DNA of 63,879 nucleotides, filler included, from Octopus bimaculoides (GCF_001194135.2; 9 parts of 7 records of this genome joined end to end with filler, not necessarily neighbours in it), one strand, 5' to 3'. Counted from the first letter of the whole stretch, positions 35,341-49,119 are shown. The notes: generated by a model not told the origin, from the letters alone. Made by a program: numbers and translations.

Positions 35341-35720
35341 CACTTTTACCTGTTTCAGTCATTTGACTGTGGCCATGCTGGAGCACCGCCTTTAGTCGAG
35401 CAAGTCGACCCCAGGACCTATTCTTTGTAAGCCTGGTACTTATTCTATCGGTCTCTTGTGCCGAACCGCTAAGTTACGGGGACATAAACACACCAGCATC
35501 GGTTGTCAAGCGATGTTGGGGGGGGGGACAAACACACAAACATATAAACACACACATATATATATACATATATACGACGGGCCTCTTTCAGTTTCCGTCT
35601 ACCAAATCCACTCACAAGGCTTTTGTCGGCCCGAGGTTATAGTAGAAGACTTGCCCAAGGTGCCACGCAGTGGGACCGAACCCGGAACCATGTGGTTCGT
35701 AAGCAAGCTACTTACCACAC
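35341..35720 (-). mobile_element. SINE family A (full length)
   Basis: Collinear with 2464-2828. Confidence 0.9.
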
Positions 35721-36299
35721 AGATACTCCTACGCCATCCTAACGAAATAATGTCGAAAATCAGTTCCCTAAAACAGGAGTTGGCAATTTAGCGATGACGA
35801 AAACCTACTGAAAAATTTTGCGAATGTGGAAATGCAGAATAAGAGACGGTTCGCCAAACTTTGGAATCAGAGAATGGTTGGCTGCCTGCAGAAAAATTGG
35901 TGCAGGTTTCCTCGTGAATGTTGTTAGGGAAACTGGTATGATACTAACTTCGGTACAAGGAAGCAGGTTGCTGTGGAACGGTCGTTAATAAAGAGACAGA
36001 ACAAGGGCTGGGGTGCTTACCGAATCTTTGGCGGTACCAACATCTCGGATCTAGAGGAGATGTAACACTGGGACTTCGGGATCATCGGTGAATAAAACGC
36101 CGGGATCGGTAATTGCCGCATTCAAGTCGGTTGCGAAGTGACAAAACTTGAATTTGTGCCGCCAGTGTTTCAATCTGCCCAGTTTGCTGTCACTGGGGAT
36201 CGTAGGTTCGCTATTGCTGAGCTATCGTAGTACGAAGCAAAGGGGTTCGTAGAACGTATGGTCAGTGTTATTTGAGCCACGATCTAATTGCCAATTCAG

Positions 36300-36510
36300 T
36301 CAACTGCTTAATAAATGCAAACTCCCTGGTACATGGAAAGATGACAAGATCACTGAAAAATCGTCGCTACAGGAATAGTTGTTTAAGCATTTCGGTTTTT
36401 TTTCCCTCTCTCCGTTCTTTTTCGTCCCCTCTATGTTTTTTTTTTTCTGTCGAAGAGCGTAGGCTCGAAACGTCAAAGACTTTTCCATTCTTCCCGAGCG
36501 TTAAATTTGA
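36300..36510 (+). mobile_element. Short Penelope-like 3'-end repeat carrying a hammerhead-like motif
   Basis: Same family as 32690-32880. Confidence 0.55.
36442..36479 (+). ncRNA. Minimal hammerhead-like motif with A6U core variant (same family as 32787)
   Basis: TTTTT-CTGTCGA-A-GAGC-gtag-GCTC-GAA-ACGT-C-AAAGA, with a GUC triplet. Confidence 0.5.
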
Positions 36511-38380
36511 ACTATATATATATATATNNNNNNNNNNNNNNNNNNNNNNNNNNNNNNNNNNNNNNNNNNNNNNNNNNNNNNNNNNNNNNNNNNNNNNNNN
36601 TATATATATAATATTTATCTTATGATATTTACTTTACTTTATATTATACTCATTTATTGTGCTTTTAATTATTAATTTTTCTATATGTGATAGTGGATTT
36701 TCATCGATGAGTTCTTGAAAATTGGTTATTTTCTCTAAAACTATATATTTTATATATACTTTATCTATAAGGCTCAATTTAATTTTAATTTTTTATAAAT
36801 TGATTTTAATTGAGTTTTTTTACCTGTAATTTTGGATTTTGTCCCTAATATTATTATATATATATATATATATATGTTTTCGACTCCGTTACTTGGCGGT
36901 TCGGCAAAAAGAATCCTATGGAATAAATACCAAGCTTAAAAAGAATGAAGGTACCGACATCGTTTCGTCCGACTAAAGATTCTTCAATGCGGTGCTCTAG
37001 CATGGCCGAAGACTAGTGACTGAAACGAGTAAAAAGTTAAGAGACCATCACGGCGGATGTGGCCTTCATCATCGCTATCCTGATCATTATCCGCATCGTC
37101 GCTTTCGCCTCCATATTTCATAACTACAGAGTATCACCAACAGTAACAACAACAATGCAAATTCATTAAGTTTCAGTGATCTGATGGCGTGTCTGAGCTT
37201 AGGGTTAGGGTTAGGTGTGCCTGAGGAAATGTATGACCAATGACGTTCTTCGCCCGTGACCATCCTGTCGTTTTTCAAGACGGTAGGGTGTGATTTGAGG
37301 GGAAAATTTGTTGCTATTTCTCGCAAAGCGACTGACTACGTTGTGGTTTCTTAGGTCAAGGTTTTACGTAAAGCCGAAGCGTAGTAAACACACACAAATA
37401 GACATACCACACGTACACAAATACATCAGATACATTTACAATAGCACGTGTTTATATATATATATATATATACATACACACAGATACAAAATACGTACGT
37501 GGACACATACACCCCTAAACACGTAGTGACCTCCCCTCCACACCAATACCTCTTTCTCTCATACATACATACATACATACATACGTATATGCACACTGTA
37601 TACACAGGTGTGTGTGTGTGCATGTTTACCAATCGCAACCTTGTTCGAACAGTCGGTCAATAACCTTAATACATCAGTCGTCTTTGAGCAGTTTCAAGGA
37701 CGCGCGCGCACGCACACACACACACAGGTAGTTACAATGGTGGTAGTTACAGTGACGTAGGTGGTTATATGACGCACGGGCGCGTAGTGATGATGAAAAT
37801 GATGACGACGACGATGATGATTATAAGGGTGTTCGTGATGAAGACGACGGATATAGTTGCCATTGTTTTCACGTTATTTAGCCCCAGGTCAGATTTAACA
37901 ACAGTAGACGCATCGTCTATGACGTAACACCAGATACAGACTATATATATATATATATATATATNNNNNNNNNNNNNNNNNNNNNNNNNNNNNNNNNNNN
38001 NNNNNNNNNNNNNNNNNNNNNNNNNNNNNNNNNNNNNNNNNNNNNNNNNNNNNNNNNNNNNNNNNNNNNNNNNNNNNNNNNNNNNNNNNNNNNNNNNNNN
38101 NNNNNNNNNNNNNNNNNNNNNNNNNNNNNNNNNNNNNNNNNNNNNNNNNNNNNNNNNNNNNNATATATATATATATAATTATGTGTATTTCTTCTATCTT
38201 AATGAATAAAAATTCTTCTGATAGAATAAATGGGTTAATAGAAACCAATGTAGCAAAGAACACAAATTAACTGTGGTTAGCTCCTGTTTTTAAGGCAGGA
38301 ACTCCTTGAAATTTTGGGTGTTTGAGTATATTTAAGAATTTAAGGATTGGAGAAAACGCATGTTATAATTGCATACTTTA

Positions 38381-38464
38381 TTCCTACATATGTTTCAAAG
38401 GATTACAACCTGTGTGATCCATAGGGATCTTTGATATTAAAATTGTAACCTTCTCATCAGGGAA
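38381..38464 (-). ncRNA. Minimal type I hammerhead ribozyme motif, canonical core, palindromic helix III
   Basis: Minus strand: TTCC-CTGATGA-GAAGGTTACAAT..loop..GTTGTAATCCTTT-GAA-ACATATGT-A-GGAA. Stem I TTCC/GGAA; helix III is the palindrome ACATATGT; GUA triplet. Confidence 0.8.
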
Positions 38465-38654
38465 AGCATGGGAATCATCTTAAACGTAAGATATTATGAC
38501 CGATTATATATATATATATATATAGATATATATATACCTACACAAGTGTGCTGCCGTCTACCGACTTCGTTACCTCATAATTTCCAGAAAAATGGAAATT
38601 TCTTAATGAAATTTCTGCCAGTATGTTTCAGATGGTTTTGATTACGATTATATC

Positions 38655-39160
38655 GGACCAGGAGGCGACACCAGGCTCCAGTCTGATTTGGCAAAGTTTC
38701 TACAGCTGGATGCCCTTCCTAACGCCAACCACTCCGAGAGTGTAGTGGGTGCTTTTACGTGCCACCGTCACGAAGGCCAGTCAGGCGGTACTGGCGACGG
38801 CCACGCTCGAAATGGTGTATCTTATGTGCCACCTGCACAGGAGCCAGTCCATCGGCACTGGCAACGATCTCGCTCGAATGTCTTTTCACGTGCCACTGGC
38901 ACAAGTGCCAGGAAGGCGACGTTGGTAACGATCACGCTGGTGCTAAATAGCTGGTGCTATTTAGTGTCCAATGAAAGAATGTCACGCGTAAGTGGGGTGG
39001 CTACATCCTTGGCAGAGGCCTTGGATTTTGGTCTCACTTGGCTTGCCGGGACTTCTCACGCACAGCATATTTCCAAAGGTCACGGTCACAAGTCATTGCC
39101 TCGGTGAGGCCTGATGTTCGGAGGTCGTGCTTCACCACCTCATCCCAGGTCTTCCAGCTT
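38655..39160 (-). mobile_element. 3' fragment of the same RTE family as 13255-16640
   Basis: Reverse complement ggaagacctgggatgaggtggtgaagcacgacc matches 16230-16330; includes the subrepeats and the taggaagggcatccagc tail. Confidence 0.85.
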
Positions 39161-40039
39161 ATCTGTGTGTGTGTGTATATATATGTGTGTGTGCGTGTAT
39201 TGGTGTAAATGTGCTTGTCTGCACATGTATGTGTGTATCCAAATATAAATGCTTCATTCTAAAATGACTTTTGTGTCAGAGGCCGTGTGTAAGCACTCCT
39301 TCCTATGTTTTCGATATCGGAGATGATGATTTTGCTAAAAAATCACGTTTTCAAAATTTTGATTTTCTTTCTCCAGACCCCATTAAAATTTTTTTTCACT
39401 ATTTTTCGAAATTTAAAAAAAAAAATTCTCGTGGAAAAATACGAAGATTACGAATATGGAAAAAAAAGAATTTATTTAATTTCAAATTTTCTTAGAAAAC
39501 ATCTCATGTCGCTCCTCTTCTCGCTTTCAAAAAGCATGAAATGTTTTACGCATGTGTAGATTTCTTCTGTAGCAGCAGACGAAAAAAATTAAGTCCTCAC
39601 CAGGAAACCCGATATGCAAGAAATGTTTGAAATATATTTTTTTCCTCGGCTTAACGAGTAATATTGCTTTAAGCACCCCATATAACGCCTCATGACTTTT
39701 GTATTACTTTGAATTTTCAGAAAATTTTTGCGATTTTGTATTCTCCACGCGTGAATTCATACGATTATGAAAAAAAATAGACAAAATTTTAAAAAATCTT
39801 TAGACTTTTCTTTCTAAATCACGGTTTAAAATACGGACATTCCGAATTTTTTGCTTAAATTACAAGAATAGTCCATTAAATGTGTTTATGGGAGAAAAGA
39901 TATTGAGAAACGTCAAAACGTCAGAGTGACAAACGATCGAGGAGGGTATCAGGTGGTCGTGAGATGTGCTAAAAATAACTGCTAACTGGCATGGGGTGAG
40001 TGAAAATCATCCTCAGCTAGCTGGAAAATATCTTAGAGC

Positions 40040-40270
40040 AGTTCTAACAAGAGAGTCAACGTGGTTTCAGGCCAGTGAGATCAACCACGGACATGATTTT
40101 CACACTGCAACAGTTACAAAGAAAGTAGTGGAGCAATGACAACCCTTCTTTGTGGCATTTGTGGACTTTCCAAAGCATTTTCACGGTGGACTAACAAACT
40201 CTTCGGAAAGTGCTAGAAACTTATGGATGCCCTCAGATACTTGTTAATACCATCAAGCAGTTCCACACGC
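40040..40270 (+). mobile_element. RTE/BovB-like reverse transcriptase fragment
   Basis: ESQRGFRPVRSTTDMIFTLQQLQ..FVAFVDFPKAF..KVLETYGCPQILVNTIKQFH. Confidence 0.8.
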
Positions 40271-41319
40271 GTGTGTATGTGAGAATTGTGAGTGTGTCTG
40301 TATGAATGGGGGTGAGTGTGTGAATATGTATGTGTGGGTGAGCTGAAAAATGTGCACCTGTGTGTAGGCGTGTAAGTGGCCCAATACGTGCATTATGTGC
40401 AGTGATATGCGTTACATGTACTGGTATGCATGTGCGTGTGCATATGGACGTGTGTACGTATGTGGTGGTTATCATGTGTGTGTGTGCAAACGCGTTGGCC
40501 TGGGTATTCGTCTATATGTGCAAGTAACCTAGTGTATGTGTTGTGTGGAGTGATGCGTGTTTTGTGTATTTGTGTGTGTGTTCGCGTGCGTAAGGACGTG
40601 TATATGCGTGAGTATGTGTATGAACTTGTGTATATATGCGAGGCTAACGTGTTTGTGTGTGCAAACGCTTGTATTTAGCAGTTGAAATGTTCAGGTGGTG
40701 TGTGCACGCGGCGTGTGACTGACCATATAGTGTGTATGGTGTATGTTTGTGGGGTGAAAATGATATGTCTATGCGTGTTGCGTGTGTATGTGTATATAGT
40801 GTTTGTATTCAGGCCTCATGTGCTTGTGTGAGTGTGAGGGCGTGCATGATGGTGTGTGGTGTGTGTACTGAGTTAACCAGTGTGTAGGAGTGCTCGTATA
40901 GTGGTATGTGTGGCCACACTATTTGAAGGGTGTGTGGATAGTGGTGTATGATGTGGGTGCTGAGAAGTGTTTCGGGTGCTAGGGTGGGTGGAGTAGGAAG
41001 GTGTTTGTAGGTGTGGGTGTAATGGCGTGTGAAGGGAAATGAGTTGAACGGTGTGTATGGGTGCTTGTGTAGTGGTATGGGTACTGAGGTAGGCGGCATG
41101 CAGGTGTGTAGATGGAGGGGAGAGGCAGTTGAATGTGAGAGGTGTGTGGAAATCTGTGTGGGTGGTGTCAGATGGAGAGATGTGGCGAGTTGAGCCCATA
41201 TGGCACAAAAGAACGAAGGGATAAGATTAATTCCTGTTCACAGTCAGGCGAGAGTCCGGGTGGCCCCTGTGCAGAGACAGTCCGAACACAATAAAATATA
41301 TCGTCATAATCATCATAGC

Positions 41320-41410
41320 CACCAGCATCGTTTAACGTCCGCCTTCCATGCTGACATGGGTGGGACGGTTTGACAGGAGTTGGCCAGGCAGGAGCCTACA
41401 CCAAACTTCG
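41320..41410 (-). mobile_element. Extreme 3' end of RTE-type LINE
   Basis: catcgtttaacgtccgccttccatgc..gacggtttgacag is the reverse complement of the 21800-21850 tail. Confidence 0.65.
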
Positions 41411-42493
41411 CGCATTTGTTTTTGATTTTGTCGACTACAGAGTATAGAAGGGTCAGTTGGGCATGATCTGTGAGAAAAACAGCACCATGACGCAGTTCAC
41501 TCAGCCAGAAATTTGGAAACGACATGCTGAGGATTCGGAAAGTGTTGGATGAATCTATATATATTTCTGATTAAGGTACAAAACCAGCGCTCTAAAGGGA
41601 GGGTAGTAGGTCCCTATCACAGAGCTCAGTACATAGACTGGTACTTCATCCCCTTCCTTCAGGGTTGCTACAAAGCTGACCCTGGTGAGGTTTGAACCCA
41701 GAATGTAAAGAGCTGGAACAAATAACACAAGGCATTGCTTTTTTTCCCTTTCTTTCGACACTAGCGATCCTGCCAACTCGACGCTTTTATATATTACAAG
41801 CAATAATAATAATCCTTTGTACTGAATTTTGTGGGGAGGGGACTAGTCATTTACATGGACCCCAGTGTTTCACTGGTACTTAATTCATTGACCCCGTAAG
41901 GATGAAACGTAAAGTCGATCTCGGCGGAATTTGAACTCAGTAGCGACGGGCGAAATACCGCTACGCATTTCGTCCGGCGTGCTAATGATTCTGCCAGTTA
42001 ATAATAATACCTGCAATACCGTTCCTCAAATGGAATATTAAAACAGGTGTGTGTGTGTGTGTGTGTGTGTGTATACTTCTCGTTTTGTATTTTAATATCT
42101 TCAGGTTAATAACAAAGTTATAGGATGTTGAAGCTCATGTCAACCTTGATAGAGCAAGACCTATACTCATAAAAAATTGGCCAATTTTTTCTGAAAGTTA
42201 CAAGTAAACAAGGCTAATTCGTGTGAATTTTCTGAAAATCCTCACACTTGGAAAAATTTTCCACCATATATTCCGATATAATTGGAATCTACACCATTTG
42301 TAGAAAATTTCATTTAAAAATAACCATTTTAAAGATAGATGTGTTTATATGAGAGAAGTTTCGTTTTTCCATTTCTAGCCTAAGTAAATCGATTCAATGG
42401 AGGTGTGTACGTGTTAGCAAATAGCAGAGTATTACGTGTCAAATAAACAGCACCACAATACACACACACACGTGTGTGTGTGTGTGTGCGTGC

Positions 42494-42542
<49 letters not shown>

Positions 42543-42789
42543 TACATCTTTTATAAAGATATTTATATCGTTTTATAAAGATATATGTATGTATATATNN
42601 NNNNNNNNNNNNNNNNNNNNNNNNNNNNNNNNNNNNNNNNNNTTAATTAATTAANNNNNNNNNNNNNNNNNNNNNNNNNNNNNNNNNNNNNNNNNNNNTC
42701 CCTTAATCTATCTATATATCTTCCTCGTGTATATCTTTTGTTAAAAGCTCAAACCGCTGACACGTGTTCTATTTTTGTTGTCGCCATTG

Positions 42790-43293
42790 TTGTTCTTGTG
42801 TGGCCATTGCAGTTTTTGTTTGATTTGGTTTTGTTGTTGTTGTTGTTTGTATTGTCGTCGCTTTTGTTCCTCTTCTTCCTCTTCCTCTTCTATTTCCTCT
42901 TCTTCTTCTTTTTCTTCCTTTTCCTCTTTCCTCCGGCCATTTGTATTGTCGTTGTGTTCTTGTGATTGTTGTCGTTGTCGTAGTTGTTGGTGGTGTTTCT
43001 TCTTCTTCTTCTTCTTCTTCTTCTTCTTCTTCTTCTTCTCCTCCTCCTCCTCCTCCTCCTCCTCTTTCTTCTTCTTCTTCTTCTTTTTTTCTTCTTCTAC
43101 AACTACTACTACTACTACTACTTCATTATCATCATCGTCATCATCGTCATCATCGTCGTCATCATCATCATCATCATCATCTTTCTTTTCTTCTTCTTCT
43201 TTTCCCTCTTTCTCATCATTTCCTCTTTCTTCCGACCATTTTGTTGTTATTGTTGATAATGCTGTTGTTGGTATTATTGTTGTTGTTGTTCTT

Positions 43294-43346
<53 letters not shown>

Positions 43347-43545
43347 TCTTCTTCTTCTTTTTCTTCTTCTTCTTCTTCTTCTTCTTCTTCTCCTCCTCCT
43401 CCTTCTTCTTCTTCTCCTCCTCCTCTTCCTTCTTCTTCTTCTTCTCCTCCTCCTTCTTCTTCTTCTTCTTCTCCTCCCCCTTCTTTCTTTCTTTCTTTTT
43501 CTCCCTCTTTCTCTCGGCCATCATCATTGTTGATCCTGCTGTTAT
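42790..43545. repeat. Compound trinucleotide microsatellite mosaic (GTT/CTT/CTC/CTA/CAT)
   Basis: Direct inspection. Confidence 0.95.
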
Positions 43546-43579
43546 TGTTGTTATACAGTCGCCATTGTTCTGTCGTGCA

Positions 43580-43830
43580 ATTGTAGCTGCTGCTGTAGAT
43601 CAACCTCGATCAACAAGGCCTACAATAATAAAAGCCTTTCCGGCCGTGGCCATCTACTCTTTTTAACCCCAGGTCGACCCTGATCAAGTCTTCCTATCAC
43701 AAAAGACTTTCCAGCCATAACCATCTCGACTCCTTTGACAAACGAGTCCATTTTCAGGATGTTAGGTTTGAGTCGGTGTGATTCGAGAGAGATTTGTCTG
43801 CTATTTTTAGCACGTCAAGGTGTTGCGATA
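43580..43830 (+). mobile_element. Unclassified interspersed repeat (family E)
   Basis: tttaaccccaggtc..gtgattcgagagagatttgtctgctattt; related segments at about 37250-37330, 50470-50520 (-), 11870-11915, 12645-12685 and 21610-21660. Confidence 0.55.
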
Positions 43831-44242
43831 GGTGTTCTTGTTTGTCATTATAGGAATTATTATATTTGCTTTTGTCGTTAGCTTTAGGATAGTCCTAATC
43901 GGGCAGACTTATAATCAAAGGCGCTCCAGCTATGACCAGATCGTTTTCTATTCACATACAGACATGCGTACATATATACTTATATTCATACATACGCCAT
44001 CATATAAGTCAGCTTTCCTGCTGTCGTGAAGACCTCTTTGAAAATCAAAGAGAAAGAGGATAACTACGGACAGCTGTTTCGAAACATCCCAGCTTCTATA
44101 TCCGGATTATTATGAATTTACGTTTATACCAGTAATTATTGATGCAGTTGGCTTTGTGAATAAAAGCCAAAATGGAAATCTGGATAAGATGGAATTTTCA
44201 GAAAAAGAAATCAAACAGCTAACTTGTATATTACAATTACAA

Positions 44243-44642
44243 ACTCTTTTACTCTTTTACTTGTTTCAGTCATTTCACTGTGGCCATGCTGGAGCACCGC
44301 CTTTAGTCGAGCGAATCGAACCTAGGACTTATTCTTTGTAAGCCTAGTACTTATTCTATCGGATCTCTTTTACCGAACTGCTTCAGTTATGGGGATGTAA
44401 ACACACCAGCATCGGTTGTCAAGCTATATTAGGGGGACAAGTACAGCTACACAAATAAATACACACAAACATGCATATATATATACATATATACGACGGG
44501 CTTCTTTCAGTTTCCGTCTACCAAATCCACTCACAAGGCTTTGGTCGGCCCGAGGCTATTGTAGAAAACACTTGCCCAAGGTGCCACGCAGTGGGACTGA
44601 ACCCGGAACCATGTGGCTCGTAAGCAAGCTACTTACCACACA
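44243..44642 (-). mobile_element. SINE family A (full length)
   Basis: Collinear with 2464-2828. Confidence 0.9.
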
Positions 44643-44947
44643 GGGAACAGTAAAAATATGCAAGATTTTCTTCAAGTTTAAAATGTGGCGTTGTTTATGT
44701 TATCTGCATTCCAAAGACGGAGTTTTGTATTTTTGTTAGAAACCAGTTCCTTTTTCGGAGGAAGAATTCGGATAATTAAAAACATACGAGAATATTCATA
44801 GATGCATGCATACTTATATATATGCATACATATATAGGTAGGCAGGTATATACATACACAAATGCCTACATACATGCACAGATACACATGCATGCAAACA
44901 TGAATGCGTGCATACATAGATGCACGCATGCATACATACGTAAATAA

Positions 44948-45275
44948 CGAAGTGGCACTCCGTCGGTTGCGACGACAAGGGCTCCCGTTGATCCGATCAA
45001 GGAAACAGCCTGCTCGGGAAATTAACAAGCAAGTGGCTGAGTACTCCACAGACATGTGGAGTACTCTTCACGCAGTTCTAAAGAAAATTCATCGTGACAC
45101 AGAATGTGACAAGACTGCCCTTTGAAATACAGGTACCGTTCAGTTTTTGGCAATGGAGTGGATTGGAGCAATGCGAAATAAAAATGTCGTGGTCAAGGAG
45201 ACAACGCGCTGACGGGAATCGAACTCACGGCCTTATGATTGTGAACCGAATATTCTCGCCACTACCTACCTACAT
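44948..45275 (-). mobile_element. tRNA-derived SINE, family-D-type centre plus family-C-type tail
   Basis: B-box gagttcgattccc; centre related to 8340-8400; tail related to 4480-4618. Confidence 0.75.
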
Positions 45276-45343
45276 ACATACATACATACATACATAAATA
45301 CATGGTAGATCTTAAAAACTAAAACATTCACGAAGTTAAAAAA

Positions 45344-45720
45344 AGGTGCAAGAGTGACTGTGTGGTAGGTGGCTTGCTTACCGGCCACATGGTTCCGGGT
45401 TCAGTCCTACTGCGTGGCACCTTGGGCAAGTGTCTTCTACTATGGCCTCGGGCCGACCAGGGCCTTGTGAGTGGATTTGGTAGACGGAGACTGAAGGAAG
45501 CCCGTCGCATATATGTATATATGTATGTGTGTATATGTTGTGTATCTGTGTTTGTCCCCCCCCCCCAACATCGCTTGACAACCGATGCTGGTGTGTTTAG
45601 GTCCCCGTAACTTAGCGGTTCGGCAAAAAAGACACCGATAGAATAAGTACTAGGCTTACAAAGAATAAGTCCTGGGGTCGAATGACTGAAATGACTGAAA
45701 CAAGTAAAAGAATAAAAAAA
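45344..45720 (+). mobile_element. SINE family A (full length)
   Basis: A-box-like gtgactgtgtgg, B-box ggttcagtcc, full body and tail. Confidence 0.9.
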
Positions 45721-45813
45721 AAGAATAAACCGGTCAGATATTGTTGTGTTGGACCACAAGAAAAAGATATGCTCTGTTGTGGAAATTAGCAGCAGCAGCA
45801 GCAGCAGCAGTAA

Positions 45814-45874
<61 letters not shown>

Positions 45875-46240
45875 TTTCTTGTTTGTCTTATGTTCCATAT
45901 TTTTTGCAGAAATTTTTTTTTTCGTCTTCTTTTTTTTTTTTTTTCTTATTTTATTTCTTATTTTATTTTTATTTCATGTTTGGTGTTATTTTCCCATTCT
46001 GTTTATATTTGACTTGTATTTACACTTGCTTACAACTTTTTCTCCTTTTCCATTTCCCTTTATTTTTTTTTTTTTTTTTTGCTATTCAGTGATTTTTTTT
46101 TTCTTTCGTTTTTTTTTCTTTATTATTATTTTGTTGTTGTCGTTGTTGTTGTTGTTGTATTCTTTCTCTCATTACATATATCCAACCACTAACCTTAACA
46201 TGCACATATTCGCACATATACGTATCTATCTATAAGTTGC

Positions 46241-46282
<42 letters not shown>

Positions 46283-46284
46283 AC

Positions 46285-46350
<66 letters not shown>

Positions 46351-46908
46351 ATATATATATACACACACAGACATATGAGTTTGTGTGTGTATGTATGTAT
46401 GTATGTATGTATGCATATAAGTATGTATGTACCTATGTGTATGGATGGTTGTTTATAATATATATATATTCTACATAGGCACTCTCGTATACGCAGCACA
46501 CACACGCACATACGCGCGCGCGCACGCACACATCTTTATCTATTGTTGCCTTTTATCGTTGTCCGACTGACCAAAGCTGCCTGAACTTGCTGCTGTGAAT
46601 ACTGAACTTACCTCCACTTTCTAGAGATTGATTATACGCCCTGTTAACTAACTTATGAACAGTCGCTTTAATGGTAGATGGACGACGCCCCGTAACGCAT
46701 GCACGCTCGTGCAAGTGCTTCCCTTATTGCCGCCAAGACCACCATCCGCGCCCACCACCACCAACATTACCATGACACCCCCACCCCAGCGCCATCACCT
46801 CCACCCCTTCTTGGCACGCTCTCGTGCTCCTAGAGTACTGTATAATTTTAGACACGTGCTGACTACATTTCATCTGATCATTTATGGACCTCTATGCATG
46901 CGTGCGTC

Positions 46909-46959
<51 letters not shown>

Positions 46960-47094
46960 ATGTGTGTGTATACATCGGTGTGAGTGCATGTATGTATATA
47001 TGTATGCATGTATATGTATACACACACATCCATCAATACATATATATATATATATACATATATATGTTTATATATATATACGTATATATATATG

Positions 47095-47135
<41 letters not shown>

Positions 47136-47224
47136 GTGTGTATATATATATATATACACACTCAACACACCTATATACATGTGCTCTCTCTCTCTCTAAA
47201 TGTGTGTATATATATATATATGTG

Positions 47225-47266
<42 letters not shown>

Positions 47267-47356
47267 NNNNNNNNNNNNNNNNNNNNNNNNNNNNNNNNNN
47301 NNNNNNNNNNNNNNNNNNNNNNNNNNNNNNNNNNNNNNNNNNNNNNNNNNNNNNNN

Positions 47357-47405
<49 letters not shown>

Positions 47406-47748
47406 TACCTATCTGTCTATCTATCAGTATATGATTACACGTGTTTCTCCCTATTTAACCGTCGATATAGCCACATAATTGCCGATCTCTGTCTCGTTAC
47501 CTTCTTTATCTGCTTTCTTTATCTCAACCAATATTTCTATCAATATATTTGTTCTGACATTTATCTTTATCCTTATCTAATTATCCCATTCGTGCCTAAA
47601 ATGTATTTTTGGCGCCGGTATGACGGTGTGGTTAAGAAACTCGCTTTACAACCACCTGTGTTCAGGTTCATTTCCAGCGTTCGACACCTTGTGTAAGTGC
47701 CGTCTACTGTTGCCCTGGGCCGATTAAAAGGAAACTGCGTGGAAGTTC

Positions 47749-47788
<40 letters not shown>

Positions 47789-48128
47789 NNNNNNNNNNNN
47801 NNNNNNNNNNNNNNNNNNNNNNNNNNNNNNNNNNNNNNNNNNNNNNNNNNNNNNNNNNNNNNNNNNNNNNNNNNNNNNNNNNNNNNNNNNNNNNNNNNNN
47901 NNNNNNNNNNNNNNNNNNNNNNNNNNNNNNNNNNNNNNNNNNNNNNNNNNNNNNNNNNNNNNNNNNNNNNNNNNNNNNNNNNNNNNNNNNNNNNNNNNNN
48001 NNNNNNNNNNNNNNNNNNNNNNNNNNNNNNNNNNNNNNNNNNNNNNNNNNNNNNNNNNNNNNTATATATATATATATACTACGGGCTTCTTTCAGCTTCC
48101 ATCTACCAAATCCACTCACAAGGTGTTG

Positions 48129-48175
<47 letters not shown>

Positions 48176-49045
48176 TATATACATCTACTACATATGTGGG
48201 AAATTTTGTCTGTGTCTGTGTTTGTGGAGTTGTTAGCTAACTCCTCCTACATCATTTTATCGATTTTGATGACACCTGACACGTGACTCGAACTCATGTC
48301 TGCAAGCCTCATGGCATACTCAGATTGCTGAAAATCGACAATAGGGCCCCTGGAAGGAATTCTTATGTATAGCCAAGAGAAATAGCCCATTTCTTTTTCC
48401 TAAATTATTTGGTAAAAATGAAATTGAGTATGCTTATTTCTTAGTACTTGAACTGTTAGAGTTATTTTCGCAATTTATACTTAAACAAGTAAATAGCATT
48501 TTCTTAAACAATAGATCCACTTATTTTGGTCAGTGACTTATTCCCGAATATACCAACACTAGCGCCGCTGAGGGTAATATTCTCTGGGAACGCACAAAAG
48601 CCCTTTTTAGAGTTATTTACTCTAAATTGTTACCATCTCATATCTGATTAACCTGCTATTACGTAACATGCTTCCCGATTTTAGTATACATACCTTATTA
48701 GTATTCCCTCCTAAGTTCTATATATTCTAGAAACGCATTAAACCCCTTTTTGGGGTTATATTATTTAAATTCTTAATATCGGGTAACTAATTTCATGTTA
48801 TTAAATAACTGACTTCACAATTTGGGTATTCGTAGCTTATTGGGAATTCCAAAAAACAGGTCCTGTGTAAGACAGTTCGGTATTCTCCGTAAATGCACAA
48901 AAACTGTTTTAAGGGCTACATACTTTGTTATTGGATTAGCGAAACAATTATGAGAACGGAACCAAGGGATAAGCCCTGCTTTCCCGGGAACTACCAGGTA
49001 CGTCAGCTAGTACATACATATGGGGTGATCTCATATTCACAAGAC

Positions 49046-49118
<73 letters not shown>

Positions 49119-49119
<1 letters not shown>

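Noticed and set aside
36690-36740. Possible further hammerheads (cgatgag at ~36704, ctgacgag at ~54691, gtgatgaag at ~56279)
   Set aside because: A matching GAAA, helix III or stem I could not be built.
39240-39900. AT-rich block resembling a DNA-transposon interior
   Set aside because: No TIR pair, TSD or coding motif could be identified, so it was left unannotated.
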